64,000 nucleotides of DNA from Dictyostelium discoideum (GCA_000004695.1 CM000155.2:800001-864000); one strand, 5' to 3'; counted from the stretch's first letter, positions 45,632-58,430 are shown. The notes: generated by a model not told the origin, from the sequence alone. Program-made: numbers and translations.

Positions 45632-46676
45632 ACATACAGATTATTTTATTCATAAATTTATAAAAAAAAAAAAAACAATTTATATTTATTTGAGAATTAT
45701 TATTTTAAATTTATCACTTTTCTAATCGATTTTATTCTTTTTTTTTTTAAAAATTTTTTTTTTTTTAATTATTATTTAAATTAATTTCTATTCAAAATAA
45801 AATAATAATAAATCTAATAATAATAATAGAATAATAGTAATAACTAATAATAATGATAATAGTAGTAATTTTAAAATGGTATGGGGTGGTGTTTTTAACT
45901 GTAAGGAAAAGGACAAATTACCAAATTATAAATTCCAAAAAAGGTGTTATTTTTTTTTTTTTATTAAATACCAATAATAAGATATTTGAAAAAATCATAA
46001 CAAAATCAAATAAAAAATTATAAAATAATTATCAAAATCCCCCTAATTTAATGTTATTAATCAAAAATTAAGAATTGGATAAAATGAAAAATTAACAAAT
46101 TGATTGAAAATTGGATTGATTCCAAAAGGTCTATTTGAATTTTAATTTGTTTATTTTTGAAAACTATATTCAATTGGACTTGGGATTTTTCAAAATAAAA
46201 TAAGAAATTAGAATTATTAGGGTAGTGATAAATTTCAGGTTCATGAATATAATTTTTTGGTAAACTTTTTCCCCAAAATCATTAACAATTTTTAAAATAT
46301 CAAATAATGGTTTGTGGCAATATTCTGTAAAATGAATTTTTACCAAAATAATTTAAAACATCTTTAATTCACCATTTTCACCAAATTTAAAACTACCACC
46401 ATCCTCACATTTTCAAAATTCAAAATTTAATATAATATCTCACAATCAATACAATTTGAAACAAATAAAACCAACCCCAATAATTAATTTAATTTAATTT
46501 AAACACTCTTTCAAATAAAAAATTATTTAATATTAAACCAATTTAAAAAGAAATTATCAAAGATATTAATTGAGTTTCATTTTTTAATAAAACTAAATAA
46601 ATAAATAAATAAAAAAAAAAAAATTATTATTATTAAATAATTAAAACCATCCCAGTCTCTCTCTCTTTTAATTTTA

Positions 46677-48604
46677 TTAAAATAATAATTTTACTAATTT
46701 ATATTTTTTAACAGGTTTTCTATCAGCAAATGTAAGTTTAGATTTATATCTCGGTATTAAACCAATAACTTTTGAAACTTCTAATGGACTATTTGATGAT
46801 AAATCGATTGAAATTTCAGTTAAATTATTTTCATTATTTATATTATCATTTTGATTCGTATCATTACTACTACTATTAATAACTTGTTCAACTTCTTCTT
46901 CTAATAAATTCTTTCCATTACTATTATTAATTGTTCTTATAATTGGTATTGTATCATGATAGTTTTTAATAATTTTAACAAAATTATTATTATTATTATT
47001 AAAACTTAAATTTTTAATTTTTGATTTATTTTCATTTTCATTTTTATTATTATTATTATCATCATTATTATTATAAATTATATGAGTTTTTGAATATTTT
47101 GATAAATCATTAATTAATTTTTTAAGACCACCAATACCAATTTTATTACCAGATAAATTTAAATATTTAAATGGTGAAAATAATTGACGAGAGGAATTAA
47201 ATAATTGTGATAATGTTATAGCTGATGTATTATCGATTTGATTCGATTGTAATGAAATCGAATGAATTGAATGATTAATTAATAATGATGAAACCAAATG
47301 ATCTAAACCAAAATTTGAATTAATTTTATTAAATGATAAATCTACAAATTTTAAAGTTTGATTAACAGCAAATGATTTCGATAATGATTTTATAGCTTCA
47401 TTTGAACCAATATGATTAAAACTTAAATTTAATGATGTTATAGATTCATTGAATTTCAAATATTGTGATAAACCTTTAATCGATTGTTTAGAACCAACCA
47501 TTGAATCATGTAAATCCAACGAGGTTATTGATTTACCAAAATCGACTGAATCGGTATTACCCAACCGATTCTTTGAGAATATGAATTCCTTTAACGATTT
47601 ATTCCTACCGAAACCATCTTTCATCATTATTAAACCTTGTTCATCGATTCTATTCGATGATAAATTCAATGTCTCCAATTGTAATTGTTCACAACTTAAT
47701 ACCTTATTTAAATAATATGCCGATTGATTTGTAAATTGATTCTTTTGTAACTCTAATCTCTTTAATACTTTTAATAGATTCTTTATCAATATCACCGATA
47801 ATAATTGCATACCTTCATCACCTATATTATCACAAATTATCAATGTTTCCAATGTATTATTAACACTTGATGATAATGAACTAAAAAAATCAAATTTATC
47901 TCTACTATCTAATCCAATATTTTTTAAATTTATCTTTTTTAATTTAAAATTATTTGTTAAATAATAATTTAATCCTTTTGGTATATTATTATTATTATTA
48001 TTATTATTTAATGTTTGACCTGTTGCTGTTGTTGTTGTTGATGATACCGCTATTGCTGTTGTTGATGTTGGTGCTGTAATTGTAGGTTGTTGAATTTGTG
48101 GTGGTGGTGGTGGTGGTGGTGGAGGTGGTGAAGAAGGTACTGAAGTTGAATGATATAATTTATAAGATGGTAGTAATTGTTGACTTGATTTATTATTGAT
48201 ACGAGTTATTGGGAAACCTTTGATAGTGAAATTTTCAATTGTTTGATTATATCTGACAACATTTTCAATGAATGGTAGAATGACATTATTGAAATAAAAT
48301 TCACTATAGGATATTGAATTCTTTGCACCATTTATGAATGAAACTGATTGTAAATGAAAGTAATCACTATTTAATGATTTTACAAATACTTCCGAAACAT
48401 GTTTAACTGATGCTGATAAATGAATATCGGTGAAATAAATATTCAAATTCTCTACACATCCATTACAAACTTTTTTCCAATATTTGCATACTTTTCTTGC
48501 ATTTAAAAAACTACCCAATTCAACTAATAAGAATATAATCTCTTTTTGAATTATTAATGGTAGAAAATGATTTATTGTTGATGTTGTTGTATTTTGTATT
48601 TGTT

Positions 48605-48651
<47 letters not shown>

Positions 48652-48758
48652 AGTGTAGGTGTGATGGTGGTAGTTTCTGTTTCTGTTGTTGGTAAATTTT
48701 GTTTTTCATTTTGTTTTTCAATATATAAATTATAATTATAATATTTTGATAGATTTGG

Positions 48759-48795
<37 letters not shown>

Positions 48796-49082
48796 ATCGG
48801 TGTGGTTGTTGTTGTTGTTGAAGTTGTTGATTCATTTGATTTTAATAGTTTTTGTTGTTTATTTGGTCTAGTAGATGAATTTGTATCATTGTCATTATTT
48901 GGTTCATTGAAAAGACTATACTTTGGTATTAAATTACTGATTGTTGTTGATTTTGAGGATTTTTCTGCATTTGCCATATTATAATATTTATTGGTTGTTG
49001 TTGTTGTTATTGTTGTCGAAGATGATAATTTGGCTGTTGCTTCCTCATTTCTATTTGATGTCCTTTTCATTTGAACACACAA
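46677..49082 (-). CDS. RNI-like leucine-rich-repeat protein (~800 aa) with poly-Thr/poly-Asn/poly-Pro low-complexity N-terminal half.
   Basis: C-terminal half has regular about 28-aa LRRs (LETLIICDNIGDEGMQLLSVIL ... LKRLELQKNQFTN ... LETLNLSSNRIDEQG ... LDLHDSMVGSK ... LSFNHIGSNEAIKSL ... VDLSFNKINS ... ISLQSNQIDNTSA ... LNLSGNKIGIGG), resembling ribonuclease-inhibitor/NLR-type LRRs. Confidence 0.7.
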
Positions 49083-49524
49083 TAAATATATTATCTTTTT
49101 TTATAAAAAAGAAAAAAAAAAAATTATTATTATTATTATTAATTAATTAAACTATCTATGGAAAATGTATACGGTGCGTATGTGTGTTTTAAAAATTTTA
49201 TTTTGAATATTTTAAAAAAAAAAAAAAAAATAAAAAATGTTTTTTTTTTTTTTGTATTTATATTTATTTTTATTTTATTTTATTTTTTTTTTTTTTATCT
49301 ATTTTTAAAAATTAAAAAAAATAAAAAATAATAAAATAAAAATAAAAAAAAAACAAAACAAAAAATAATTAAATTTTTTTGAAAAAATTCCAAAAATGGA
49401 TTATGTTAAATAGGATGAATAAATCTTTATGTGGGGGGTATTAATACCATTATTTTGTCCAGTAAAAGTAGGTAAAAAAAAAAAAAAACTTTGTTGGTTT
49501 GTAAGTTAATTACTTTTTTGTATT

Positions 49525-49557
<33 letters not shown>

Positions 49558-49823
49558 ATTAATTAATTTATTTTTTTTTTCTTTTTTCTTTTTAATATTT
49601 AACCAATAAAAAAAAAAAAAAAAAAAATCTTTTTAATTATTTTTTTTTAACAAATTTCATACGTATTCGCTTTTAAAAAATTTTTTTTTTAATTTTTAAT
49701 TTTTAATTTTTTTTTAATTTTCAAAAAAAAAAAAAAAAAAAAAATTTTTGAAAAAATTTTTTTTCCTCATTTTGTTCTATTTTTTTTTCACGTTTTCATT
49801 AGTACATTCATATAAAATTCAAA

Positions 49824-50186
49824 ATGATTAGAAATACCTTCAAATTAGTTTCAAATATTGCTGTTCGTCCAGCTTTTTCAAGCACTTTTGTTAGACAACC
49901 AATTGTCGCTTCATCAATGATGGTTAGAAACTATGGTTCAATTTCAGAAAAAGAAATCACTGATCGTGTTATTGGTGTTGTCTCACAATACGACAAAGTC
50001 AGTGGTAAAACTGTTACACCAACCACCACTTTCAAAGAACTCGGTCTTGACAGTTTAGATTCTGCCGATATTTTAGTTGCCGTCGAAGAAGAGTTTGGTA
50101 TTGAAATTCCAGATGAAGAAGCCGATAAAATTACTTCATGTGCTGAAACTATCTCATACCTCAGAAAAACACCAACTGCCAAATAA
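49824..50186 (+). CDS. Mitochondrial acyl carrier protein (ACP/NDUFAB1-type)
   Basis: Phosphopantetheine attachment motif DLGLDSLDSADILVAVEEEFGIEIPDEEADKI. N-terminal presequence-like MIRNTFKLVSNIAVRPAFSSTFVRQP. Confidence 0.9.
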   Translation: MIRNTFKLVSNIAVRPAFSSTFVRQPIVASSMMVRNYGSISEKEITDRVIGVVSQYDKVSGKTVTPTTTFKELGLDSLDSADILVAVEEEFGIEIPDEEADKITSCAETISYLRKTPTAK

Positions 50187-50605
50187 ATAAATCAAAAAAA
50201 TAAATAATCAAAATAATAATAATATAAATACAAATAATATAGGGCAAAATCAAAAAAAGTTTTTAATTAAATTTTCCTTTTTTTTTTTCCCAAAAAAAAA
50301 AAATTTTTTTTTTAATTATAATTAAACCAACCCAAAAATTAAAAGAAAAAAAAAAAAAAAAAAAAAAAAAAAACATATAATTGTAAAAAAAAAGAAAAAA
50401 ACAATAAATTTATTTTTTTAATTTATTTTTAATTTTTACTTAATTTGTCTTTAATTAACTTTTTTTTTTGTTTATTTTTTTATTTTTTTATTTTTTTTGT
50501 GTTTTATTGTGAAAGTAAAAAATTCCCGCGCTTTATTTTTTATAAAAAAAAAAAAAAAAAAATTATTTATTTTTTTTAAAAAAAAAAATTCATAAGTAAA
50601 TAGAA

Positions 50606-51622
50606 ATGACAACTACAACTACAACTACAACAAATACAAATACAACAAATTTAGATCCATTATTGCCATGGGTTGAAAAATATAGACCAATATTAATTAA
50701 AGATATAGTTGGTAATGAAGAAACAGTTAGTAGATTAGAGAGTATATCAAAGGATGGTAATTTACCAAATATTATAATTAGTGGACCACCAGGTACAGGT
50801 AAAACATCGAGTATATTATGTTTAGCAAGGGCATTGTTGGGGGCAAATTATAAAGAGGCAGTATATGAATTGAATGCATCCGATGATAGAACATTGGATG
50901 TTGTTAGAGATAAGATTAAATCATTTGCAATGAAAAAGGTGACATTGCCAGCTGGGAGACATAAAATCATTATATTGGACGAGGTGGATAGTATGACAAG
51001 CGGAGCGCAACAAGCGTTAAGAAGAATTATGGAGATATACAGTGGTACAACCCGTTTTGCATTCGCTTGTAACCAATCCACCAAAATCATTGAACCTATT
51101 CAATCAAGATGTGCTGTGCTTCGTTTCACACGTTTATCAGACTCACAAATTTTAACACGTCTTAGAGAAGTTGTACAAATTGAAAAAGTACCATATACCG
51201 ACGACGGTTTGGCTGCTATCATTTTCACAGCAGAGGGTGATATGCGTCAAGCTTTAAATAACTTACAAGCAACTCATTCTGGTTTTGGTTTAATCAATGC
51301 TGAAAATGTTACAAAAGTATGTGACCAACCACATCCACTCATCATTAAACAAATCATTGCATTATGTGCTAAATCCGATTTCAAAGAAGCTTATCCATTT
51401 TTAAAAAAACTTTGGGATGATGGTTATTCCTCAATCGATATCATCTCTGCCCTCTTTAGTATTACAAAATCTTCAAATAATATACCGGAATATCAAAAAT
51501 TAGAATTCTTAAAAGAAATTGGTTTTTGTAATTTACGTGCTACAACTGGTGTAAATACTTTAGTTCAATTAACTGGTTTACTTTCAAAACTTTGTTTAGT
51601 TTCAATTAAAATGAAAAATTAA
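50606..51622 (+). CDS. rfc2: Replication factor C small subunit (RFC2-type clamp-loader AAA+ ATPase)
   Basis: Reads PWVEKYRP ... [10 protein letters not shown] ... [28 protein letters not shown] ... [56 protein letters not shown]. Near-identical block order to human RFC2 (PWVEKYRP ... [25 protein letters not shown] ... [37 protein letters not shown] ... [14 protein letters not shown]). Confidence 0.9.
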   Translation: MTTTTTTTTNTNTTNLDPLLPWVEKYRPILIKDIVGNEETVSRLESISKDGNLPNIIISGPPGTGKTSSILCLARALLGANYKEAVYELNASDDRTLDVVRDKIKSFAMKKVTLPAGRHKIIILDEVDSMTSGAQQALRRIMEIYSGTTRFAFACNQSTKIIEPIQSRCAVLRFTRLSDSQILTRLREVVQIEKVPYTDDGLAAIIFTAEGDMRQALNNLQATHSGFGLINAENVTKVCDQPHPLIIKQIIALCAKSDFKEAYPFLKKLWDDGYSSIDIISALFSITKSSNNIPEYQKLEFLKEIGFCNLRATTGVNTLVQLTGLLSKLCLVSIKMKN

Positions 51623-51624
51623 AA

Positions 51625-51672
<48 letters not shown>

Positions 51673-51868
51673 AAAAGAAATGATTAATATAATAATTAAT
51701 CATTAATTTTTTTTTTTTTTTAACAAAATGAAATAAAAAATAATTGTATACAACTTAAAATTATTTTTTATTTTTTTTTTTTTATTTATTTTTAGAAAAC
51801 TTTTAATTTTATTTTTTTTTTTTTTTTTTTTTTCAATTATATATTAAAAAAACTAAATACCGGGACTC

Positions 51869-51899
<31 letters not shown>

Positions 51900-52688
51900 A
51901 TTTGGAATTATTATTATTTAATTAAAACCTAAATTTTGTAAAAAAAAAAAAAAAAAAGGGAATTTTAAAATTTAAATTGGTTTTAAAGTTTCGGTTTCAA
52001 TCCAACAATACATTAAATAAAGAATTTCAAATATTTTGGGTGTGATAAGAAAAAAAAAAAAAAAAAATTTATAATTATTTCGTTTTTTTTTTATTTTGTT
52101 TTTTTTTTAATTATATTATTGTTTATTTTATTTTTTTTAAAGTATATTATTGTTATAATTTTTTTTTTTTTTTTTTTTTTTTTTTATTATTATTATATTT
52201 TTAATTATTATTTTTTTTTTTTTCTCAAAATATTTATTTTAATTCCTTTGTTATTATTTTTATTTTATTTTTTAAATTTTTTTTTTTTTTTATGGAAAAT
52301 GAAATAATTGATTTTTTTTTTTTTCAGTCAACGTTATTTTTATATGAGGGAAATTGCAGGAAAAAAAAAACTCGAGAAAAACGAAAAAAAAAAAAAAAAA
52401 GATTTTGATGATTTTTTTTTTAATTTTTTAGTCAGTTGCCAATACACATAATCGTACGTATCTGATATCACTTATCACATAACATGACATTATATACCGT
52501 ATCTATGTTTAATTATGTATCAATCTATCAATAAACATGGATAAATTAAAGATTAAATATAAAAAAAAATAAAATAAAAAAAACAAGTTGATAGTTGATT
52601 GTTGATACATGATAAGACATAGATACATGTGGTATAGCATATAGCCAACACAACAGACATTAATATTGTTATTTATTTTTATAGCAAA

Positions 52689-53474
52689 ATGCCAATTCAC
52701 AACAAAGTCTTAAGTAACGACCATTTCCGTAAAGTAGGTTATTATATTATTATTTTATATAGGGTTACAGATTGAATCAACAAAACAGAAACGGATTAAA
52801 TAGGATTAATTATAGGATGATGAGATGTGAAGTAATTATTGATTTTGAAGATTACTAATTGAAATTTTAAATTATTATTTAATAATTAGCACTGGCAAAT
52901 GCGTGTTAGAACCTGGTTCAACCAACCAGCACGTAAGATCAGAAGAAGAAATAACAGAATCGAAAAAGCTGCTAAAGTATTCCCAAGACCAATTGCCACC
53001 TTAAAACCAGTTGTTCGTGGTTCAACCATCAGATACAACATGAAAGTTAGAGCTGGTCGTGGTTTCACCTTAGAGGAATTAAAGGCTGCTGGTTTAACTG
53101 CTCAATACGCCAGAACCATCGGTATTGCTGTTGATACTCGTCGTGTAAACAAAACCCAACAATCTTTAACCTTAAATACTCAACGTTTAAAGAACTACCA
53201 ATCTAAACTCGTTCTTTTCCCACGTAAAGTCAATGCACCAAAGAAGGGTGAAGCCACCAAGGAAGAAGTTGCTAAAGCTGTCCAAACCCTCAAACCATTC
53301 ACTGTTAAATCCGCCATCGCCGTTACTTGTGAACAAACCCCACGTAAACCAACTGAAGCTGAAAAGAAATTCTCTGCCTATGCCACCCTCAAAGCTGCTG
53401 ACTCCAAAGCCAAGACTGTTGGTATCAGAAGAAAGGCTGCTGAAATCAAAGCTGCCAAAGCTGCTGAAAAATAA
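52689..53474 (+). CDS. rpl13: 60S ribosomal protein L13 (eL13). Two exons: join(52689..52733,52890..53474).
   Basis: Exon 1 [15 protein letters not shown] then donor GTAGGT. Exon 2 [20 protein letters not shown] ... [22 protein letters not shown] ... [15 protein letters not shown]. Colinear with human RPL13 ([29 protein letters not shown] ... [17 protein letters not shown] ... LILFPRKPSAPKKGD). Confidence 0.9.
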
Positions 53475-55160
53475 ACTCTTTAATAGTTTTAAAAATGATA
53501 ATATACCTAATATATTTGTTTCTATTTTATTAAAATTAATTATTGTGATACAATTTTTTTTTTTTTTTTTTATTGGATTAAATAAAATTCTAATATAATA
53601 TAATTATAATATAATTATTATTATTTGTCTTTTTAGTTTTTTGTAAACTTTTTCAATACCAATTAGTATTGTATAAATTCACTTCTTTAATCAAAATATT
53701 TTTTTCACAAACACTTAATTTATTTGGGTAGCACCTATTTTATTTCATCAATTTAAGCTTTCTCAGTTTTGGTTCGGGTAACTTATTGGCACGTTTTTTA
53801 GATATATTTTTTTTGAGATATTCACCCAAATTCTGGAGTAATATTTTGGTGTGACTGTTATAAATGACCATTTGGTAAATCGCCTGTTTGGGCCAAGTAA
53901 TGCAAATTTGCAAAATTGTCTATGGACCAATTATACCCATATGTTTGTTGCAGAGTACAATAATCCATAAGTATCAAAACAAGATAACTATAAATAAACT
54001 ATTATTTCTTATTAAATTTTCTTGGATTGATTTTTTTTTTTTTTTTTTTTATATTTCTTATTATTTATTTTTTTTATTATTTTGATTTTTATTTTTTTCT
54101 TGGATTAGAGATTTTGATTGTTATTTTTTTTTTTTTTATCAATTTCCTTTTTTCCATACCTTAAACCAAAAAATAAGATTTACAAAAAAAAAAAAAATTA
54201 TTGACAATAATACTTATTATTTAATTTTTAATTTTAAAAATAGAAAAAGAAGATTTAATAAAATTTTTTTTTAAAAATAGTGTCTGATTTAAATGTTTTT
54301 ATAAATAAGAATAGAAGAAAATATTTTCATTTATTTTTCATTTTCAACAATTTAGTTTTGTTTATTTAATATCAAATAAAATCTCAATTTAACATATAAA
54401 AAAAAGGAAAAATGAATGTAATCGTTGTATTTTTTTTTTTTTTTTTGTGAATTCGTAACCTTAGTTTTATAAACTAAATAATTTCGATAGGTATTTGTAT
54501 GAAAAACTTTTTTTTTTTTTAATTAATTTAAAAATTATTTTATATCATTAGAAACAACATATAATCAAAATAATCAAGATTAATCAATTATTTTTTTGAT
54601 TTAATTATAAAAATAAAAATAGAAATAAAAAAATAATAAATAAAAAAAAAGTAATAACCATTTAAATTAAATTTTTAATTTTGTCCATAATTTAACTTTT
54701 TTTTTTAAAAAAAAATATAATAAAATAAGGAATTCACAAGATTTAAAAAAAAAAATAAAAAAATAAAAAAAAATATAATATAAAGTGGATATTAGCAACA
54801 AAACCCATTTTCCATGAAAATTTAAGAGCAGATTTTTTATTTATATTTTTATTTTTTTTTAATTTTTTTTTTTTTTTTTTTTTTGAATTTTTTTTATTTA
54901 TTTTTTTTTACTTTTCATACCAATTCCTTTTGTTCTGTTCAACCCTTAATTAATTTACCCTATTTTATTTTATTTTTTTCATTTTTTTAATTTTTTTTTA
55001 AACATTGACAAATAAAAAATTAAAAAAAAAACAAAATTATTTAATATAAAAAATAAAAAAAAAATAACGTAAGGAAGGAAACAAAGAAAAAAAAAAATTG
55101 TAATAACATCAACCAAAAGAAAAAAAAAAAAAAAATAATTGAAAAAAATACTTTTAATAA

Positions 55161-55362
55161 ATGTCAAATAATACTTATAGAATTGAGTATGCCTCAACTG
55201 GTAGATCATCATGTAAACAGGCTAAATGTAAAAAACAAATAGAAAAAGGAGCTGTTAGAATTGGTGCAATTTTCCCATCTGAAAGATTTGAAACTGATGG
55301 TGTTGGTACAGATTGGTTTCATCCAAATTGTTTCTTTGAGGTATTTATTAATTATGGCAATA

Positions 55363-55403
<41 letters not shown>

Positions 55404-56874
55404 TCATTATTTTATTTTATTTTATTTAATTTTTTTTTTTCTTCGGAAATAGAAACAAAAAAAAGCAAGAAAAACAACCAAAAAAGTTGACGATATTGAT
55501 GATTTAATTGGATTTGATGATTTATCAAAAAGTGACCAAAAGAATATAAAGAGTAAAGTTGAAGAACAACATGAGTTTTTCCTCTCAAAGAATTCTAAAT
55601 CAAAACCAAAATCGAAATCTAAAAAAGATACACCAGTTAGCAAACCAAAAACATCATCATGGGTCGTAAATGAAAATGGTGATATAACAAATAGTGACGA
55701 TGAAGAAGATACACAATTTATATTAAAGGATAAAAAGAAATCAAATAATAATAATAAAAACAATAACAATAATAAAAATAATAAATTTGATGATGATGAT
55801 TTATTTAATAATAATAATAATAATGATAATGACCAAGATGATGAAATTATGAAACCAATTAAAAAACCAACAAGTACTACAACTACAACTACAACCACTA
55901 AAAAAACAAATAATAATAATAATAATAATAATAATAATTCAACTTTAGTAAAGAGTAAACCATTAAAATCAATATTAATACCAAATTGGTTAACAAGTTT
56001 AGAGAAAATTATTAAAGATGAACAACAACAATTATATGATGAAATTATTGGAGATAAAAGAAATTCAAAATGTTTACCATCAGAGAGTAATCAAATTTTC
56101 ACAAGTTTAAATTCAGTTGGGTCACCAAAGAATTGTAATGTTGTGATTGTTGGTAGTTCACCAGATACCAAGAGAACGACATCAAGTGGTTTTTCATATT
56201 GTGATAATAGTTCAGAGAGATGGAAATTACAATCGATTAAAACATCTCATAGAAATTTAATTAGATTAGCATTATTGGATTTAGGGTATATTACTAAAGA
56301 GGAAACCATCGATTCAATTCAAGAGGTGTTGAGAGAGATTGATCTTCCATCTGACTCACCAAAAGATTGGTTCAAATCAACTTCAAAACAAGGTGTGCTT
56401 TGGTTAAATTCAGTCTCTTTGACATCGATTGAGGGTGATGATGATTATCAGAGTGATAACTTCAAAAAACATGAAAAATATTGGAAACCAGTCATAGAGG
56501 AAATCATTAGATCTATCTTTAATTCAAAGATTGAGGATGATTCACCATCTGGTGTTGTCTTTGTGTTACTTGGTAAACAAAGTACTCATTTCAAACAAAC
56601 CGTTCAATTAATTCATTCAGAATATATGGGTGCTATTCCAATTGAATTCATTGAAGCTGCTTCACCAGTTTTAGAAACTTTCCTTAGTTCAAATTGTTTT
56701 AAAAAAATTAATAATTCTTTAGAGAAATTATCATTATCTCCAATTGATTGGTGGAAACCAAAAGAAGATGATGATGAAGAAGAAGATGAAGAGGAAGAAG
56801 AAGAGGTAGATGAGGAACAAGAAAAACAACAACAACAAAATGTAGAAATAAAAAATAAACAAAAAAATCAAAAC

Positions 56875-56908
<34 letters not shown>

Positions 56909-56994
56909 GTGATGATAATGATGAAAAAGTTGAAGAGAAATTAAAAAGTGATAACAATCGTACTATTAAATTACCACCAGGTGAGCAATTTATA

Positions 56995-57037
<43 letters not shown>

Positions 57038-57960
57038 GTGGTGGTGGTGGTGATGATGATGATGAATCACCACCAAATGATAAAGATATTCGAAATAGTG
57101 ATGATAATAATAATAATAATAATAATAATGATGATGGAAATGTTCCACCACAATGTAATTTAATTCAAGAGAATGGAACAAAGATTCAATTGAAATTAGG
57201 TCAAGAATTTACATTGGGTAGAACGATTTTAGATATTAGGGATAAATTAGTTAGTAGAAATCAAGCAATCGTAACAATGTTAAAAGATATTTCAACTGGT
57301 TCATATTTTGTTGAATTGATACCAAAGGGTCAAAATCCTGTTCATTTAGTATTGGGTGATAATGATTTCCAACCATTATCTCAAGAATCAAAATATAAAC
57401 TTTTCAATGGTGAAACCTTTTTATTATGTTCTCAAAAATATCCATTCACTATTGAAATATCAGGTGGTAGTAAAAAAGTTAATAATACTAATAATAAACA
57501 ACCAGCAATTTCATTCTCACCAAAGAGTAAAACAACTTCAAATTTATCATCACCATCACAATCATCACAATCATCATCAAATAGTTCAAATAAAAGACCA
57601 TTAAATGATGATGATTTTGAAGGTGAAGGTAATAAAAATCATTCTTCACCTGCTAAAAAAAAGATTGCAACAACACCAAGTAAAAATAATTCAGAGAAAC
57701 CAAAACCAAAACCAAAACCAAAGCAAAAGAAAAAGGATGATTTTATCGACGAAGATGATTATCAAGAAGAGGATGAAGATTCTGATGATGATTATGTACC
57801 TTCTCAAAATGATGATGACGATGATGATGAATATGGTTCAGATTTTAAACCATTTATTAAATCAAGAAGTCAAGATAAACCAAAATGTAAATATGGTTCA
57901 TCTTGTTACAGAACTAATCCTGATCATTTAAGAGAGTTTAGTCATCCAAATAAAAAATAA
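55161..57960 (+). CDS. Composite DNA-damage-response protein: N-terminal PARP-type zinc finger, divergent UDG-superfamily-like module, FHA-like domain, C-terminal PBZ (PAR-binding) zinc finger. Two exons: join(55161..55340,55453..57960), ~895 aa.
   Basis: Exon 1 YRIEYASTGRSSCKQAKCKKQIEKGAVRIGAIFPSERFETDGVGTDWFHPNCFFE is a zf-PARP (PARP1/Lig3 nick-sensor finger). Donor GTATTT, acceptor AAATAG, phase 0. Exon 2 continues KVDDIDDLIGFDDLSKSDQKNIKSKVEE (PARP1 finger-1 tail: EVDGFSELRWDDQQKVKK). Mid-region reads NVVIVGSSPD ... GVLWLNSVSLT ... VVFVLLGKQSTHF, a UDG-fold-like motif arrangement. FHA-like block reads LGQEFTLGRTILDIRDKLVSRNQAIV ... GQNPVHL ... NGETFLL. C-terminus KPKCKYGSSCYRTNPDHLREFSHP fits the PBZ consensus C-x-[FY]-G-x2-C-x-R-x-NP-x-H-x4-H. 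Confidence 0.75.
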
Positions 57961-58094
57961 ATTAAATTAAATTATATTAAATAATTAATAATAAAAACAA
58001 AAAAAAAATAAAAAACAAAGAAATCTCTTTTTATTAAATAAATTTTGTGTTTTTGTCTTTATTTTTATTATTATTACTGTTATTATTATTACTA

Positions 58095-58430
58095 TTAAAT
58101 TTGTAATATATTTTGAAAAAAAGATAGAATTATATGAACAATTGTTAAAACTAGACTACATAAAAAACTTTGATACCATTTTAGGGTTAGATTAGCACTA
58201 ACACATACTGCAGTTAATATAATTGATGATATTACACCATAAAATAATCCAATGGCAAAACCATATATTGTGGTTATAACTGGAAAAAAAGGTGAAAATT
58301 TGGTTTTTTTAATTGAAAAACTTGCTGATAATCCAGATAAAAAGTAAGCACTACTAATTAAAAATGTTACCCAGAATGTTATTGAAATAAATATATCAAA
58401 ATATGTATTACTATGTTCAAGATTAACCAT
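58095..58430 (-). CDS. Possible small 3-TM membrane protein (111 aa), unassigned
   Basis: ORF with three hydrophobic helices (ITFWVTFLISSAYFLSGL; VITTIYGFAIGLFYGVISSIILTAV; LCSLVLTIVHIILSFF). No homology recognised. Could be spurious. Confidence 0.3.
   Translation of the reverse strand: MVNLEHSNTYFDIFISITFWVTFLISSAYFLSGLSASFSIKKTKFSPFFPVITTIYGFAIGLFYGVISSIILTAVCVSANLTLKWYQSFLCSLVLTIVHIILSFFQNILQI

Noticed and set aside
55422-55898. ORF 55422..55898 (-), 158 aa, and ORFs 57356..57931 (+) in other frames
   Set aside because: Overlap exon 2 of the zf-PARP/FHA/PBZ gene in antisense or alternative frames. Low-complexity translation of AAT/GAT repeats.
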